From Octopus sinensis (taxonomy: Eukaryota), in NCBI RefSeq assembly GCF_006345805.1, contig NC_043012.1:53754001-53818000 (forward strand): 64,000 bases of DNA, in the 5' to 3' direction. Shown piece after piece: positions 1 through 11,230 of this stretch. The notes below the pieces were generated by a model, which was not told the DNA's origin, did no database searches, and saw only the letters and a program-made list of their open reading frames with translations. The translations under genes and the position numbers were made by a program. How positions within the stretch are numbered: position 1 is the stretch's first letter; every line of letters begins with the position of its first letter.

Positions 1-357
1 AACTTCGTATACTGGTAAAATGTGTTTGTAAAACATCTTTTTCTCTTGGCTTTATTGAGAAAATTCTATAGTTTGTAAGATATTTGTTTTTTTTTCCTTC
101 AATTTCTGCAATTTCAACCAATCAATGGCGTCTATTGAGGTGAAAACATTCTGTGCCGTATGAATATGTCCCTCGTTTAAGAAACAGATTGGGTTTATTT
201 ACATTTCAGAAGAAAAAAAAAGATACCCTTTCCCCCACCCCTAACCCTAACCCTAAAACAGATTGAAATGCAATAGATCGATACTAGGGTCATAATTATG
301 GGTAACAATTTCATATGACATCGCTAGAAAGAACCGCCGTTCAAACCGAAAAGACCC
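1..357. mobile_element. Merlin-like MITE, copy 1 (left end outside window)
   Basis: Near-identical to 8244-8672 and 37189-37617. Ends in the TIR ...CCGTTCAAACCGAAAAGACCC and has an internal (CCCTAA)n tract at about 238-257. Confidence 0.8.
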
Positions 358-469
358 GAATAATTATTTCAATAGGAAGCACTCAGATTATGTCCAGTTT
401 CTCAAGATACTGCACAGTAAATATACAGCAGATAACTACTTCACATTGATGTTAATTTTTTTGTTTCGG

Positions 470-542
470 TCCTCGGTAGTATAGTGGTAAGTATCCCCCG
501 CCTGTCACGCGGGAGACCGGGGTTCGATTCCCCACCGGGGTG
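470..542 (+). tRNA. trnD: tRNA-Asp(GTC), variant or possible pseudogene
   Basis: TCCTCGGTAGTATAGTGGTAAGTATCCCCCGCCTGTCACGCGGGAGACCGGGGTTCGATTCCCCACCGGGGTG. Anticodon stem CCCGC/GCGGG with GTC at 504-506; A and B boxes intact; T-run about 20 nt downstream. Differs from canonical metazoan tRNA-Asp by a T1:T72 mismatch and one extra C. Confidence 0.9.
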
Positions 543-879
543 ACGTTAACGCTGTCTTTATTTTATAGGCGCAGGAGTGGCTGTGTGGCAAACTACTTCA
601 CCCCATATGTTTGTCTGTCCTTGTATGTCCCCCTCTATGTAACGCCTTAATGGTGAATTTTCATGAAATAAATTAGCTTGCTAACCTCTGCCGTAGAAGG
701 ACGTTTTTTTTTTGGCGGTGAGTCAAACGTTTTGTTGCACGTTGATAATGTTTCTATTGTTGAATGTTTATTGTTGAATATTTTCGAAATGTTGAACATT
801 GTTGAACTTTGAAAGCTTTTGTGCTTTTTCCCGGTGACGGGAGAAAGTAATTATTGAAATATTGAAATTATTAATATTG

Positions 880-1425
880 AACTTATTAAAGCCGTTCTAG
901 GCTTTATTGTCGTGAAGCGGGGATGGCATTTGAACTGTCATCCCCATTAAAAGGAAAAAAATATTATAGGCTTCCCGTTTTTTGGGATAAGCAATTTATT
1001 ATTGCGAGAAAAATTACATTTTAGCCGTTGTAGGCTCTATTGTGGCATCCGCCACTAGTGTGGGCGAGATTTGAACTGTTGTCCTCGTTGTGAGGGACAA
1101 AAATATTATAGGCTTCCCGTTTTGTGGGATTCTATATTTTATTATTGTGTGAAAAAAAAATTGATTTCGAACGTTGTGGGCTTTGTTGCTACGTCTCGCC
1201 CACCAGTGGAGGTGAGATTTGAACTGTTGTCCTTATGGTGAGGAAAAAATATTATAGGTGGCCCGTTTTGGGGATTCTGTATTTTTATTATTGCGTGGAA
1301 AAAAAAATTAATTTCGAACGTTGTCGGCTCTGTTGCTACGTCTCACACCCCAGCAAGGGTGGGATTTGAACTGTTGTCCTCGTTAAGAGGAGAAAAAAAG
1401 GAAAAAATTATAGGTTTCCCTTTTT
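880..1425. repeat. Tandem repeat, about 147-bp unit, about 4 diverged copies
   Basis: Anchor ATTTGAACTGT at 928, 1069, 1217 and 1364 (spacings 141, 148, 147), each followed by AAAAATATTATAGG-like and TTTATTATTG-like blocks. Confidence 0.9.
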
Positions 1426-1454
1426 CTGTATATATATATATATATATATATGTG

Positions 1455-1662
1455 GATGTGTGTGTTTGTCCCCCTCAACATCGCCTGACAACCGATGCTG
1501 GTGTGTTTATGTTCCTGTAACCTAGCGGTTCGGCAAAAAGAGACCGATAGAATAAGTACTAGACTTACAAAGAATTAGTCCTGGGGTCGATTTGCTCGAC
1601 TAAAGGCGGTGCTCCAGCATGGCCGCAGTCAAATGACTGATACAAGTAAAAAAGTAAAAAGA
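1455..1662 (+). mobile_element. SINE family A, 3' half
   Basis: Matches the 3' half of the full copies at 11799, 27119 and 34278 (GACAACCGATGCTGGTGTG...GGCGGTGCTCCAGCATGGCCGCAGTCAAATGACTGA). Confidence 0.9.
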
Positions 1663-2102
1663 ATATAATATATGCAAAACAACTGTGCTTTAACGTTATC
1701 AATTCGTAGGACTGTCGTGCTGCAGAAGACTTGTTCTTTCTCATTGATTCTTCTAGAAAGGGCAGTCAAACTTTCATCATATCGCACGTATTCTACTGAC
1801 TTCGTTAAGGATAGATTAATTAATATAGTGCTACACCCTCTTCCACTGTTATTAGGATTCCTTTCATTCAAGCTCTGATAGATGTGGGTTGATATGAAAT
1901 TAACGATTAAACAATAATAGCTGTAATCCTCATGATTTGTTCATGTTGAAACAATATACTTCCGTGATATACCTTTTAAAAACATCAGACATTTTCTTTC
2001 ATTGACTGTTAGAACAGTCGATGTACAAAAGACTCATATAACTATCAATTAGTCACGGATGGAAGGACGGCGCCTTATGAATATTCTTCTCATGTCTCCA
2101 AG

Positions 2103-2185
2103 ATGAGCAGGAAAAAAGAGAAGAATGTATCTCGAATCAGAGAAATGACCCAGAGCGAACTCCACTGAATGGAACCAAGAACCAG
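2103..2185 (+). CDS. Candidate internal exon (xEQEKREECISNQRNDPERTPLNGTKNQ), protein unknown
   Basis: Pyrimidine tract TATTCTTCTCATGTCTCCAAG acceptor, CAG/GTAAGA donor, purine-rich open frame (phase 1 to 0). No homology recognised. Confidence 0.3.
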
Positions 2186-2689
2186 GTAAGAGGTGTTAAA
2201 CCGACCAACGGAGTTCAAAAATAGACATAATAACAACAGCAGAATAGATTCATAGAAGAAATGCAAGGAACCACTGCAGAAAATTGGCCACGTCAGTTAT
2301 TAGTTTTGGATGATGGCGTCTAAAGAAATGAAACTGAGAAACTCAGCTATGCAACTTATATATTTGTAATTATTGAAGTATTGATTTATATATATGTGAA
2401 GTAATTATTGATTAATCAAATAGGCTCGAAGTTGCCTCAGATTTTGTGAGAGGCGTATAGTCGATAATATTGACCACCGATATTTTATTTTATCGATCCC
2501 GGTGAAAGAAAAGCATTGTTAAATTTTGTATGATACGAAACCAGAAGGAAAAATGGAGTGCCTAAGTACCGTAAAGTGTTTAATTTCATTTGCTGCTCCA
2601 TCAATTCCCACAACGGTCCTTGATGAGGTAATAGCTGACAACAACAAATATTGATTTTTAAACTTTGGCACAAGACCAGCAATTTCGAG

Positions 2690-3115
2690 AAAGGAGATAA
2701 GTCGATTGCATCGACCCCCAGAGCTCAACTAGTATTTAATTTATCAACCCCCAAAAGGATGAAAGACAAAGTTAATCTTGACGGAAGTTACGCATAACGT
2801 AAAGACAAACGAAATACTGCTAAGCATTTCGTTGGACATGCAAATAGTTCTTCCAGCTCACCGCCTTGAACGAGAAATACTATTTAGCATTGAATTAAGG
2901 CGACGAGTTGGCAGAACCATTTGAACACTGAACATAACAGTTAGTACCATATTGTCAATCTCTACGTTCTGTGTTCCGTGGGGTCGACTTTGCCTTTCAT
3001 CCTTTTGGAGTCGGTAAAATAAATAGTAGTTATGTATTGGGGTCGATGTTAGCGACTAGCCCCTTTCTCCAAAATTTCAGGTCCTGTTCCTTTAACAGAA
3101 AGGGTAATTAAGCGT
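2690..3115. mobile_element. Two old, diverged SINE family B copies (about 2690-2880 minus; about 2915-3110 plus)
   Basis: Degenerate GTCGACTTTGCCTTTCATCCTTT central domain and AGGCGACGAGTTGGCAGAA head. Confidence 0.7.
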
Positions 3116-3389
3116 TGGTTTAGAACATTGAAAGTGCCCAAATCTTACAAAGTAGATATGGGTCATAGAGGAATAAGCTATAGCCAGTATATTGCTATCA
3201 TTTTGAGGGAGCCGCTTATCCAGCTACAGATAGCAAGCAAATCTACCTCAAAACCACATTGTACCTCATTAAAAAAGCCAGACATAGGTTTTCTCAATCA
3301 AAGCTGATCTGCGACTAAACAACTCTCATTTATGTCTTAGTAACTAAACTGACTCATACCTTAGCGGTATTAAAAATCATTTAGTAATA

Positions 3390-3607
3390 CAGTAACACCC
3401 TTGCCATATCGCGGTTCACCTATCGCGGTTTATTACTTCAGCTTACGTTGATTCCTCTGTGGTGTTGATTAGTATTTATAATAAAATAAATATATACAAA
3501 TTATAACGATAATAAAAAAGGTATACAGTACTGCTTCTATTTCGCAGATTTTCACCTATCGCGTGGGGTTTTTGGACGTAACATCCGCGATAGTCGAGGG
3601 ATTATTG
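3390..3607. mobile_element. Tigger/pogo-derived MITE
   Basis: TA flanks at 3388-3389 and 3608-3609. Left TIR CAGTAACACCCTTGCCATATCGCGG; right TIR reverse complement CAATAATCCCTCGACTATCGCGG. Confidence 0.8.
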
Positions 3608-4072
3608 TACATTAAAGCTTGGCCATAAACTGACGTAAAAATTTCCCTCATTGACAACAGAATTAATATTCTTTTATACGGTTCATCTCTTGGGCTGCGG
3701 ACATGCTGGCGCACCACCAGTATTTGTTTCAAATGTTGGCACAAGGCCAGCAAGTTAGAAGGTATATGACGACTACTACCGTTTCATTTCTTAAATGGTA
3801 GTTATTTTATCGATTCCGGGAGAATAAATGGCAAAGTTGACCTCGGCAGAATATGAACTTGAAACGTAAAGACGGATAAAATGCTAAGCGTTTTGTTAAC
3901 GATTCTGCAATTGCGCCCCTTAATAACCAAATTAATATCGTTTCTAACGAAGGTACTAAACCAGTGGTTAATCAATTGAATTGATCCCTGACGACAGAAA
4001 GGCGCAGGATGGCAAGATTTGAACTTAGAATGTTAAGTACTTGAGAAAGTACTAAAAGGCATTTAACAATTC

Positions 4073-4450
4073 CTATTTCTTTACTGCCCACGAGGGGCTA
4101 CACACAGAGGGGACAGACAAACGGATTAAGTGGATTATATCGACCCCAGTGCGTAAGTTGTACTTATTTAATCGATCCCGAAAGGATGAAAGGCAGAGTC
4201 GACCTAGGCGGAATTTGAACTCAGAACGTAATGGCAGACGAAATACCTATTTCTTTACTACCCACGAGGGGTTAAACAAGGACAGACAAAGGGATTAAGT
4301 GATTACATCGACCCCAGTGCGTAACTGGTACTTATTTAATCGACCCCGAAAGGATGAAAGGCAAAGTCGATCACGGCGGAATTTGAACTCAGAACGTAAC
4401 GGCTACGCATTTCGCCCGGCGTGCTAACGTTTCAGCCAGCTCGCCGCCTT
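4073..4450 (-). mobile_element. SINE family B (tail type B2), head plus tandem body dimer
   Basis: Head AAGGCGGCGAGCTGGC...CGTTAGCACGCCGGGCG followed by two body/tail units; flanked by a 56-bp direct repeat (4017-4072 and 4451-4506). Confidence 0.92.
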
Positions 4451-4843
4451 ATTTGAAGATAAAACGTTAAGTACTTGAGCAAGTAGTAAAAGGCATTTAA
4501 CAATTCTGCCACTATACTACCAACCGTGCAGAAGTAATATTATTGGTTATTTACAGTGCATCGAAGCAAAAGAAATGATAAAGTCATTTTACGGTCTGGG
4601 CTCAAATGGTGCCAAGGTTCGTTTTGTCGATGTATTCAACTACACCCAATTACCGCATTGTTAGAAATCAATATTAATGGTTACTTAATGACTATATCTC
4701 AATGAATATTAATTAAGGAATATTTATTCTGTCGAATTGACAAAGTTTGCTATGTCATTGGATAGAAGTCTTTGCAGTATTTCTTCTAGCTCTCTATTTT
4801 GTGAGTTCCAATCCTTCCTAGGTTAACTTCACATCTCTGAGTC

Positions 4844-4851
4844 TATAAAAA
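4844..4851 (+). promoter_or_regulatory. Candidate TATA box
   Basis: TATAAAAA about 118 bp upstream of a Kozak-like ATG and splice donor. Weak evidence in AT-rich DNA. Confidence 0.3.
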
Positions 4852-4961
4852 GCGATGACTTGACAGTGTTAGAGGATCTGAGAAGACGTTTGGCAACCTC
4901 TTTTTGGCACTGAGTGATCGGAGTTCAAATTGTGCCTCTTGTCACCAAAATAAGTAAATAA

Positions 4962-5020
4962 ATGGAAAAATATGACGTCGAGACATCGCCAAAACGAAGA
5001 CACAATTGGGATCTTCTGAA
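4962..5020 (+). CDS. Candidate first coding exon MEKYDVETSPKRRHNWDLL(K/N)
   Basis: ATAAATGG context with an in-frame TAA just before it, the only open frame up to an AA/GTAAGT donor at 5021 (phase 2). No downstream exon confirmed. Confidence 0.35.
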
Positions 5021-6431
5021 GTAAGTATCTGACTGTTTTATCTGATACTTTCCAGTAAGTAGGCGAACATTCTAAGGGACTTTTAGACTTAGTGCAGTCA
5101 CTGAATGAATGAATGGAGATGTATCATAATTAAATCGATGTTTAAATGCATTGCTTCCCACGCAAACGCTTGTTTCCATGGATTCTGCCAAAGGAAGAAA
5201 AAGCATATTCCGGTGTATAAACCAGCTATAGTTGTACAACTTTTCTGCCAGCTCACAGACAATTCTGAAAAGAGAGAAAAGGAGAGAGTGAGAGAACTAA
5301 TTACTAATTGAGCTACGCTACATTAATTACTAATGAGAACCAAGAATTAAACTTGAGAAAATTCTGCCATGATGACTTTAGAAAAAAGGTCAGTATAAAC
5401 CGCTTCTTATTTTCTTTTCATCTTTACTAATGTATGAATGATTCGAAATGACCGATTGTATTACCAATACATAGATCAATAATTTCGAATAATTGATCTT
5501 TGCCGATGGAGACTATCTCAACTTTCCTTTGATGACAGGTATACTAATCATAAACCAACGCTTTCAGTTCTTTATTAGTTCAAATATTCCGGGTATACAT
5601 GATAAAGTCCATTTTTTTTCAGGGGTAAATACTGTAACTTTCCATACTGTTTCCGCTCTGAAAAGGGAAAAACTAGTTTTATCTCTGGTTTCAACCCCAG
5701 ACACCTTTTTCTTCCTCTCAAGCGAAGCGGAAATTTATAAGCATTAAACTTTTCCTGTTGATACACCTTTGCCACTGGAGGTCAAAGCTACTTTCTTCTG
5801 ATTCCAGGTTTTGATCTACTTACTTCAGTCAATCTACATTGCTAGGGTTAATAAACGTAAAGTGATGAAATTTCTTCCCATCTCAGAAATATGTATTTAC
5901 TTGCCATCAGCCTTCTGCTAGGAATTTGAAGACAGATGCTAGGATTTAGTGGGTAGCACAATCTGATAGAATCAACAGCGCAAAATTATCCGCAAATTAT
6001 ACACTAGTTTTCTTGTAAATAATGGACTCAACAATTTAGATCATTTTAGACTGGGTTCACAATGTTTAACAGAATGAGGAATCAGTAATAGCTGGAACAG
6101 CTTTGATCGTAAGTTTGATGAATTAGGGATTAACCGGAGGGTAAAACAATTACAAAACTCTTTTCCTGAACCTTATCAAACAAGGTCGGAGAATAAGCAA
6201 AATTTCTTGAACAGCAGTCAAAAGACCTTTGCGGTAGACCTTCGAGGCATTTGTTCTACAATTTTATGTTCCGAGTTCAAATCATTCTGCGGTCGACTTT
6301 GCTTTTCATCCTTTCGAGGTCGATAAAATAAAGTAACAGTCAAGTACATTGAATCGATTTATGTACCCGTCACAAACCTCTGACCTTGTAACTACGTTAG
6401 AAATAATAATTCTCAATCAAAACACAGATAT

Positions 6432-6866
6432 AGGCGCAGTGTGGTAAGAAGCTTATGGTAAGAACCTAGTGTGGGAAGAAGCTCGTTTTCCAGCCACATG
6501 GTTCCAGGTTCAGTCCCACTTCGTGTCACCTTCGGTAGGTGACTTCTACTATAGCCTAGGGCTGGCCAAAGCCTTGTGAGTGGATTTGACAGACGAAAAC
6601 TGACAGAAGCCAGTCGTATATATATATATTATATATGTGTGTGTGTGTGCTTGTTTGTCCCCCCCCACCACCACCACCACCAGCATCGCTTGCCAACCGA
6701 TGTTGGTGTGTTTACGTCCTCGTAACTTAGCGGTTCGGCAAAATAGACCAACTGAATAAGTACTAGGCTTGCAAAGAATAAGTTGTGGGGTAGATTTGTT
6801 CGACTAAAGGTGGTGCTCCAGCAGGCCACAGTCAACTGACTGATACAAGTAAAACAATAAAAGAAT
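6432..6866 (+). mobile_element. SINE family A, full length, diverged head
   Basis: tRNA-like head (CCACATGGTTCCAGGTTCAGTCCC), internal (TA/TG)n tract and the conserved 3' half. Confidence 0.88.
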
Positions 6867-7317
6867 TTTTTAAATATATTTGTGGTAGAAATGATAAAGC
6901 GCTAGTGAGAACATTAACGATATTTATGTTACTTGCGCTTACACGCACAGATCCTTTCTCATCAGAATAGACTTTGTCTTAAATACTTCTGGGAGTCAAT
7001 AAAACAAGGGGGCTCTTATACACTGATTCGACTAACTTAAAGAAATCTCACTCCAACAACACAGTTTCCTCAAAATAGAAAAATAAATATGTTGGATAAT
7101 GTAATTCTAAGAGAAGTGAAACACGTTTAGTCAGAGCTGGTTGTTCTCAACAAACAACAACAACAAAAGCAAAACCAAATAATACCAATAAATTCTTGGC
7201 TTCATTTTGAAAAAATAATATTCATCCCTTGAAATATATTGACTTATACCAATTTTTTAAATGATTGATTGAACAACATAAAGATAGAAATATTAAGCTT
7301 TACCTATCTAAACATTG

Positions 7318-7599
7318 TGGAGGCACATAGCCTTGTGGTCGAGGGATCGCAAGTTCGAATCTCAGACCGGGCGATGTGTGTGTTTATGAGCGAAACACCT
7401 AAGCTCCACACGGCTCCGACAGAAGGTAATGGCGAAATTCTACCGTCTCTTTCGCCACAACTTTCTCTCACTCTTTCTTCCTGCATCTTGCAGTTCACCT
7501 GCGACGGAACGGCGTCCCGTCCAGGTAGGGAACCTATACGCCAAGGAAATCGGGAAACTTGCCCTTATGAGCCAGGCGTAGCTCGAGAAGGAACAAACA
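7318..7599 (+). mobile_element. SINE family C
   Basis: Head TGGAGGCACATAGCC...GTTCGAATCTCAGACCGGGCG and tail GAGCCAGGC..GCTCGAGAAGGAACAAAC. Further copies at 21530, 41100 and 43108. Confidence 0.9.
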
Positions 7600-8243
7600 T
7601 CTAAACATTAACAAAATGTTAGATGACATTGTGTGATTGATTTCACTGCATGTTACGATTCAAATTTAACACCACCACTATATGACGCTCGGGTACTTTT
7701 AGCGGCGCACATTCTGTTACGAGCGTTAGAACCACGTCTAATACCTGACCATGTCTTGTTCTTTTACACACAACCTGAAAAAACACAAACAGAATCACGG
7801 TGGAGTATTTTTCCGCTACCTTTCATTCATTAAACATTCCAACACTATCTTCTAGTAGTTCGGGCATTTCAAAAAATCCAAACGCTATTTCATCTATCTA
7901 TCTATATATATATATAAAACTGCATAAAAAAGACCTGGGTTTATGAATTAAATAATATTATTGCCAATAGCGAACCTAAAGAAGTATTATACTTGTCTGA
8001 AACAATATTCCTAATAATAAGAATATATAAGCAGAAAACAAGAAATTGACATTTTATTAGAAAGAACAGAGCGAAATAATATATTATGCAATGATATATT
8101 ATGCACCGCTTGAAACTGATAATTTTCCGTTTAAGTCTCTCTGGTTAAAAAGCCGATTTGCAACAACCTGGTGCACGGAAACTTGAACAAGTGTTTTCTA
8201 CCTTAATCTTGGGTTGTCTAATGTCTTGAGAAGAGAACCTGTT

Positions 8244-8672
8244 GATCTTTTCGGTTTGAACGGCAGTTTTTAGCAATTTCTAGGTAACTAAAAAAATTTA
8301 AACTTCGGATACTGGTAGAATGTGTTTATAAAACATCTTTTTCTCTTGGCTTTATTGAAAAAATTCTATAGTTTGTAAGATATTTGTTGTTTTTTTCTTC
8401 AATTTCTGTAATTTCAACCAATCGGTGACGTCTATTGAATTAAAAAGCATTCTGTGCCGTATGAATATGGCCCTCGTTTAAGAAACAGATTGGATTTGTT
8501 TACATTTCTGAAGAAAAAAATATACCCTTCCCCCACCCCTAAGCCTAACCCCAACCCTAACTAACCCTAAAAGAGATTGAAATGCAATAGATCGATTCTA
8601 GGGTCATAATTATGGGTGACAATTTCATATGACACCGCTAGAAAAAACTGCCGTTCAAACCGAAAAGATCCC
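8244..8672. mobile_element. Merlin-like MITE, copy 2
   Basis: TIR (G)GATCTTTTCGGTTTGAACGGCAGTTTTT; 8-bp direct repeat AACCTGTT at 8236-8243 and 8673-8680; internal CCCTAA repeats. Confidence 0.85.
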
Positions 8673-8777
8673 AACCTGTTATACAGAGACTATATGTAAG
8701 TTCCTTGTCTATAAGTGTGCGTGTGTGCGCGTTGGTGTGCATGTGTGTGTGTTGTGTAAATCGGTGAATAAAAAAAT

Positions 8778-9010
8778 ATTTCTTTATTGCCCACAAGGGG
8801 CTAAACACAGCGGGGACAAGCAAGGACAGAAAAATGGTTAAAGTCGATAACATCGACCCCAATAGGTAACTGGTACTTATTTAATCGACCCCCGAAAGGA
8901 TGAAAGGCAAAGTCGACCTCGGTGGAATTTGAACTCAGAACGTAACGGCAGACGAAATACGGCTACGCATTTCGACCGGCGTGCTAACGTTTCTGCCAGC
9001 TCACCGCCTT
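8778..9010 (-). mobile_element. SINE family B (B2 tail), monomer
   Basis: Complete head to tail, flanked by TSD CGGTGAATAAAAAA(A)T at 8762-8777 and 9011-9025. Confidence 0.93.
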
Positions 9011-9087
9011 CGGTGAATAAAAAATAAGTACCTTGTGGTAATTAGGCATTCAGTTACCTCCTTTTACGAGAAAGGCTCAGTCTTTCA

Positions 9088-9151
<64 letters not shown>

Positions 9152-9797
9152 ATACATACAGATTGATAAAATAGACAGCATACTAATCATCGGGTTTAAT
9201 GTAATCGACTTCAAAGATAAAAAAAACGAAACAGAAACCTTCGTGACGTAATACCCCAGCGTGGTCGCAATCTAATGATTGACACTAGCAACAGAGTAAC
9301 GTAATTTATTGCCACGTGTCAGGAAAGAAGGTCGTTTTTTAATCAGTTATATTAAAAGAGACATATCTTTTCATCAACTAACTTTAAATATCATAGTTAA
9401 TGGATTATAAATCCTATTGCTTCTGGCTTTATTTGGATTTGGCTAGAAGCCAATTCATTAATTTATTCTAGAGTTGATATCCAGTGGAGATTTTCTCACA
9501 ATAGAATGGCAATTTGTCGATTATCGTCATGGAGACATACCGAGAAACCAAAACCAAATCACTTTATGTTTCATTTCTTTGTTTCTGTGACTGTTATTAC
9601 GTTTCCTTCCTAGCTTCCTATGGACAGATGTACGGTGGAATGGCTTAGTGGTTGAGAGAGACTGCTTCGTAACCACAACTTTGGAGTTCGATTCTCTTGC
9701 TTGACATCTTGAAGACAAGTGTATTTACCCTTGTTTCAGGTCGACCCAGCCTTTGAGAGTCATGTTGGGAGCGAGTATAACTATTATCATGTCCCCT

Positions 9798-10020
9798 AAG
9801 GCGGTGATCTGGCAGAATCTTTAGCACGCCGGGTAAAATGTTTAACAGCATTCCGTCTGTCCTTAAGTTCTCTAGTTCAAATTCCAGCGGGTTCGACTTT
9901 CTCTTTCATCCTTCCGGGATCGATAACATAAGTACCAATTACGCACTGGGGTCGATGTAATTAACTAGACCCCTCCCCCAAAATTTCAGGCCTTGTGCCT
10001 ATAGTAGAAAGGATTACTAC
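9798..10020 (+). mobile_element. SINE family B with alternative tail (B1)
   Basis: Same head and central domain as B2, but ends CCCCCAAAATTTCAGGCCTTGTGCCTATAGTAGAAAGGATTACTAC. Confidence 0.88.
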
Positions 10021-10299
10021 GTTCCCTGCCGCATTGCCTATGGACAAATGTATGGTTAGGTAGTTTAATGGCATTATAAACACGAGGTCCTGTGTTCAGT
10101 TCTAATGCATGGCATCTTCTAGACAAGGCTTTTACTATGTATTTCAGACAGGCCCAGGCCTAGTGAATGACAGAGGGTGCGGATGCAGACGGAAATTGTG
10201 CGGAAGTCTGCTCGAAGAATTGTGCCTGAAATTCAGCTTTTGCTGTGTAATATCTCTCACCGATATCGGTTTGAGAATTAGTTTAAGAACGTTAAGAAT

Positions 10300-10470
10300 A
10301 TATGATTCTGTGGAATACACGTGGGCACAAACGCACAAGAAGAGGATGACGTATGTTGGTTCCCTTAGAACAGAAGCTAGTTTCTAGGAGACACGGGACA
10401 TGGCAACGATTATGAGGGACAAAGACCGCTGGAAAGAACTTGTCCATGGATCTCGGGAATTTTTCCCGCC
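10300..10470 (+). mobile_element. RTE-type LINE 3' end fragment
   Basis: Translates to RMTYVGSLRTEAS*ETRDMATIMRDKDRWKELVH, resembling the RTE ORF C-terminus (R.TY.D.L...M.DR..W). Confidence 0.55.
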
Positions 10471-10471
10471 C

Positions 10472-10539
10472 TATATGTGTATATATATATATGTATATAT
10501 ATACACACAGACACACATATATATATACATATATATATA

Positions 10540-10587
<48 letters not shown>

Positions 10588-11084
10588 CGTGTGTGTGTGT
10601 GTTAGATGCATGTATATAAAGATATAAGCACGCATGTGTGCACGTTGAAACATACGTATATTTCAAGCCTGCAATGTAAACAGTCGGCAATATCATTTCT
10701 GTTTACTTTTCCCATACATATATTACTACCATTACTTGTTTTTGATATTAATATAATCCGGAACACTACATCCTCTTCTATTCCCTTTATTTGCCATATT
10801 TATTTTCATTGTAGACATTCTTTACGTTGTTATTATTTACTCGCATATTTCTACGTATTTTTTTCCGCCACATGTCTTACTTTTCAAACGTCATATATTA
10901 TTATTCTGTTTACCTATTCCTTACCACATAATCTCACTCGTTTTATTTGCATCATTTTTGGGATATTTATATATCTTTCAATACATACATACATACATAC
11001 ATACATACATACATACATACACACTCACATATACACTAATGTAATAATATAATCCTGGCCTTGTGCCAGAATTTTACACCCAAA

Positions 11085-11137
<53 letters not shown>

Positions 11138-11230
11138 CATGTGTGTGTGTGTTTGTGTATGTTTGTATATATATATATATATATATAATATATATATATA
11201 TATACACATACATACACAAACACATACATA
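10472..11230. repeat. Two compound (TA)n/(TG)n/(CATA)n microsatellite blocks (10472-10605 and 10980-11230)
   Basis: Direct reading. These explain the YIYI/HTHT ORFs in the track. Confidence 0.95.

Noticed and set aside
880-1425. CRISPR-like appearance of the regularly spaced repeat
   Set aside because: The whole unit is repeated with no unique spacers, there are no cas genes, and the context is eukaryotic.
7269-7604. Recurrent ORF MCVFMSETPKLH... (also 21511..21750 and 43076..43336)
   Set aside because: It lies within SINE family C copies; the similarity reflects the repeat, and frames break differently in each copy.
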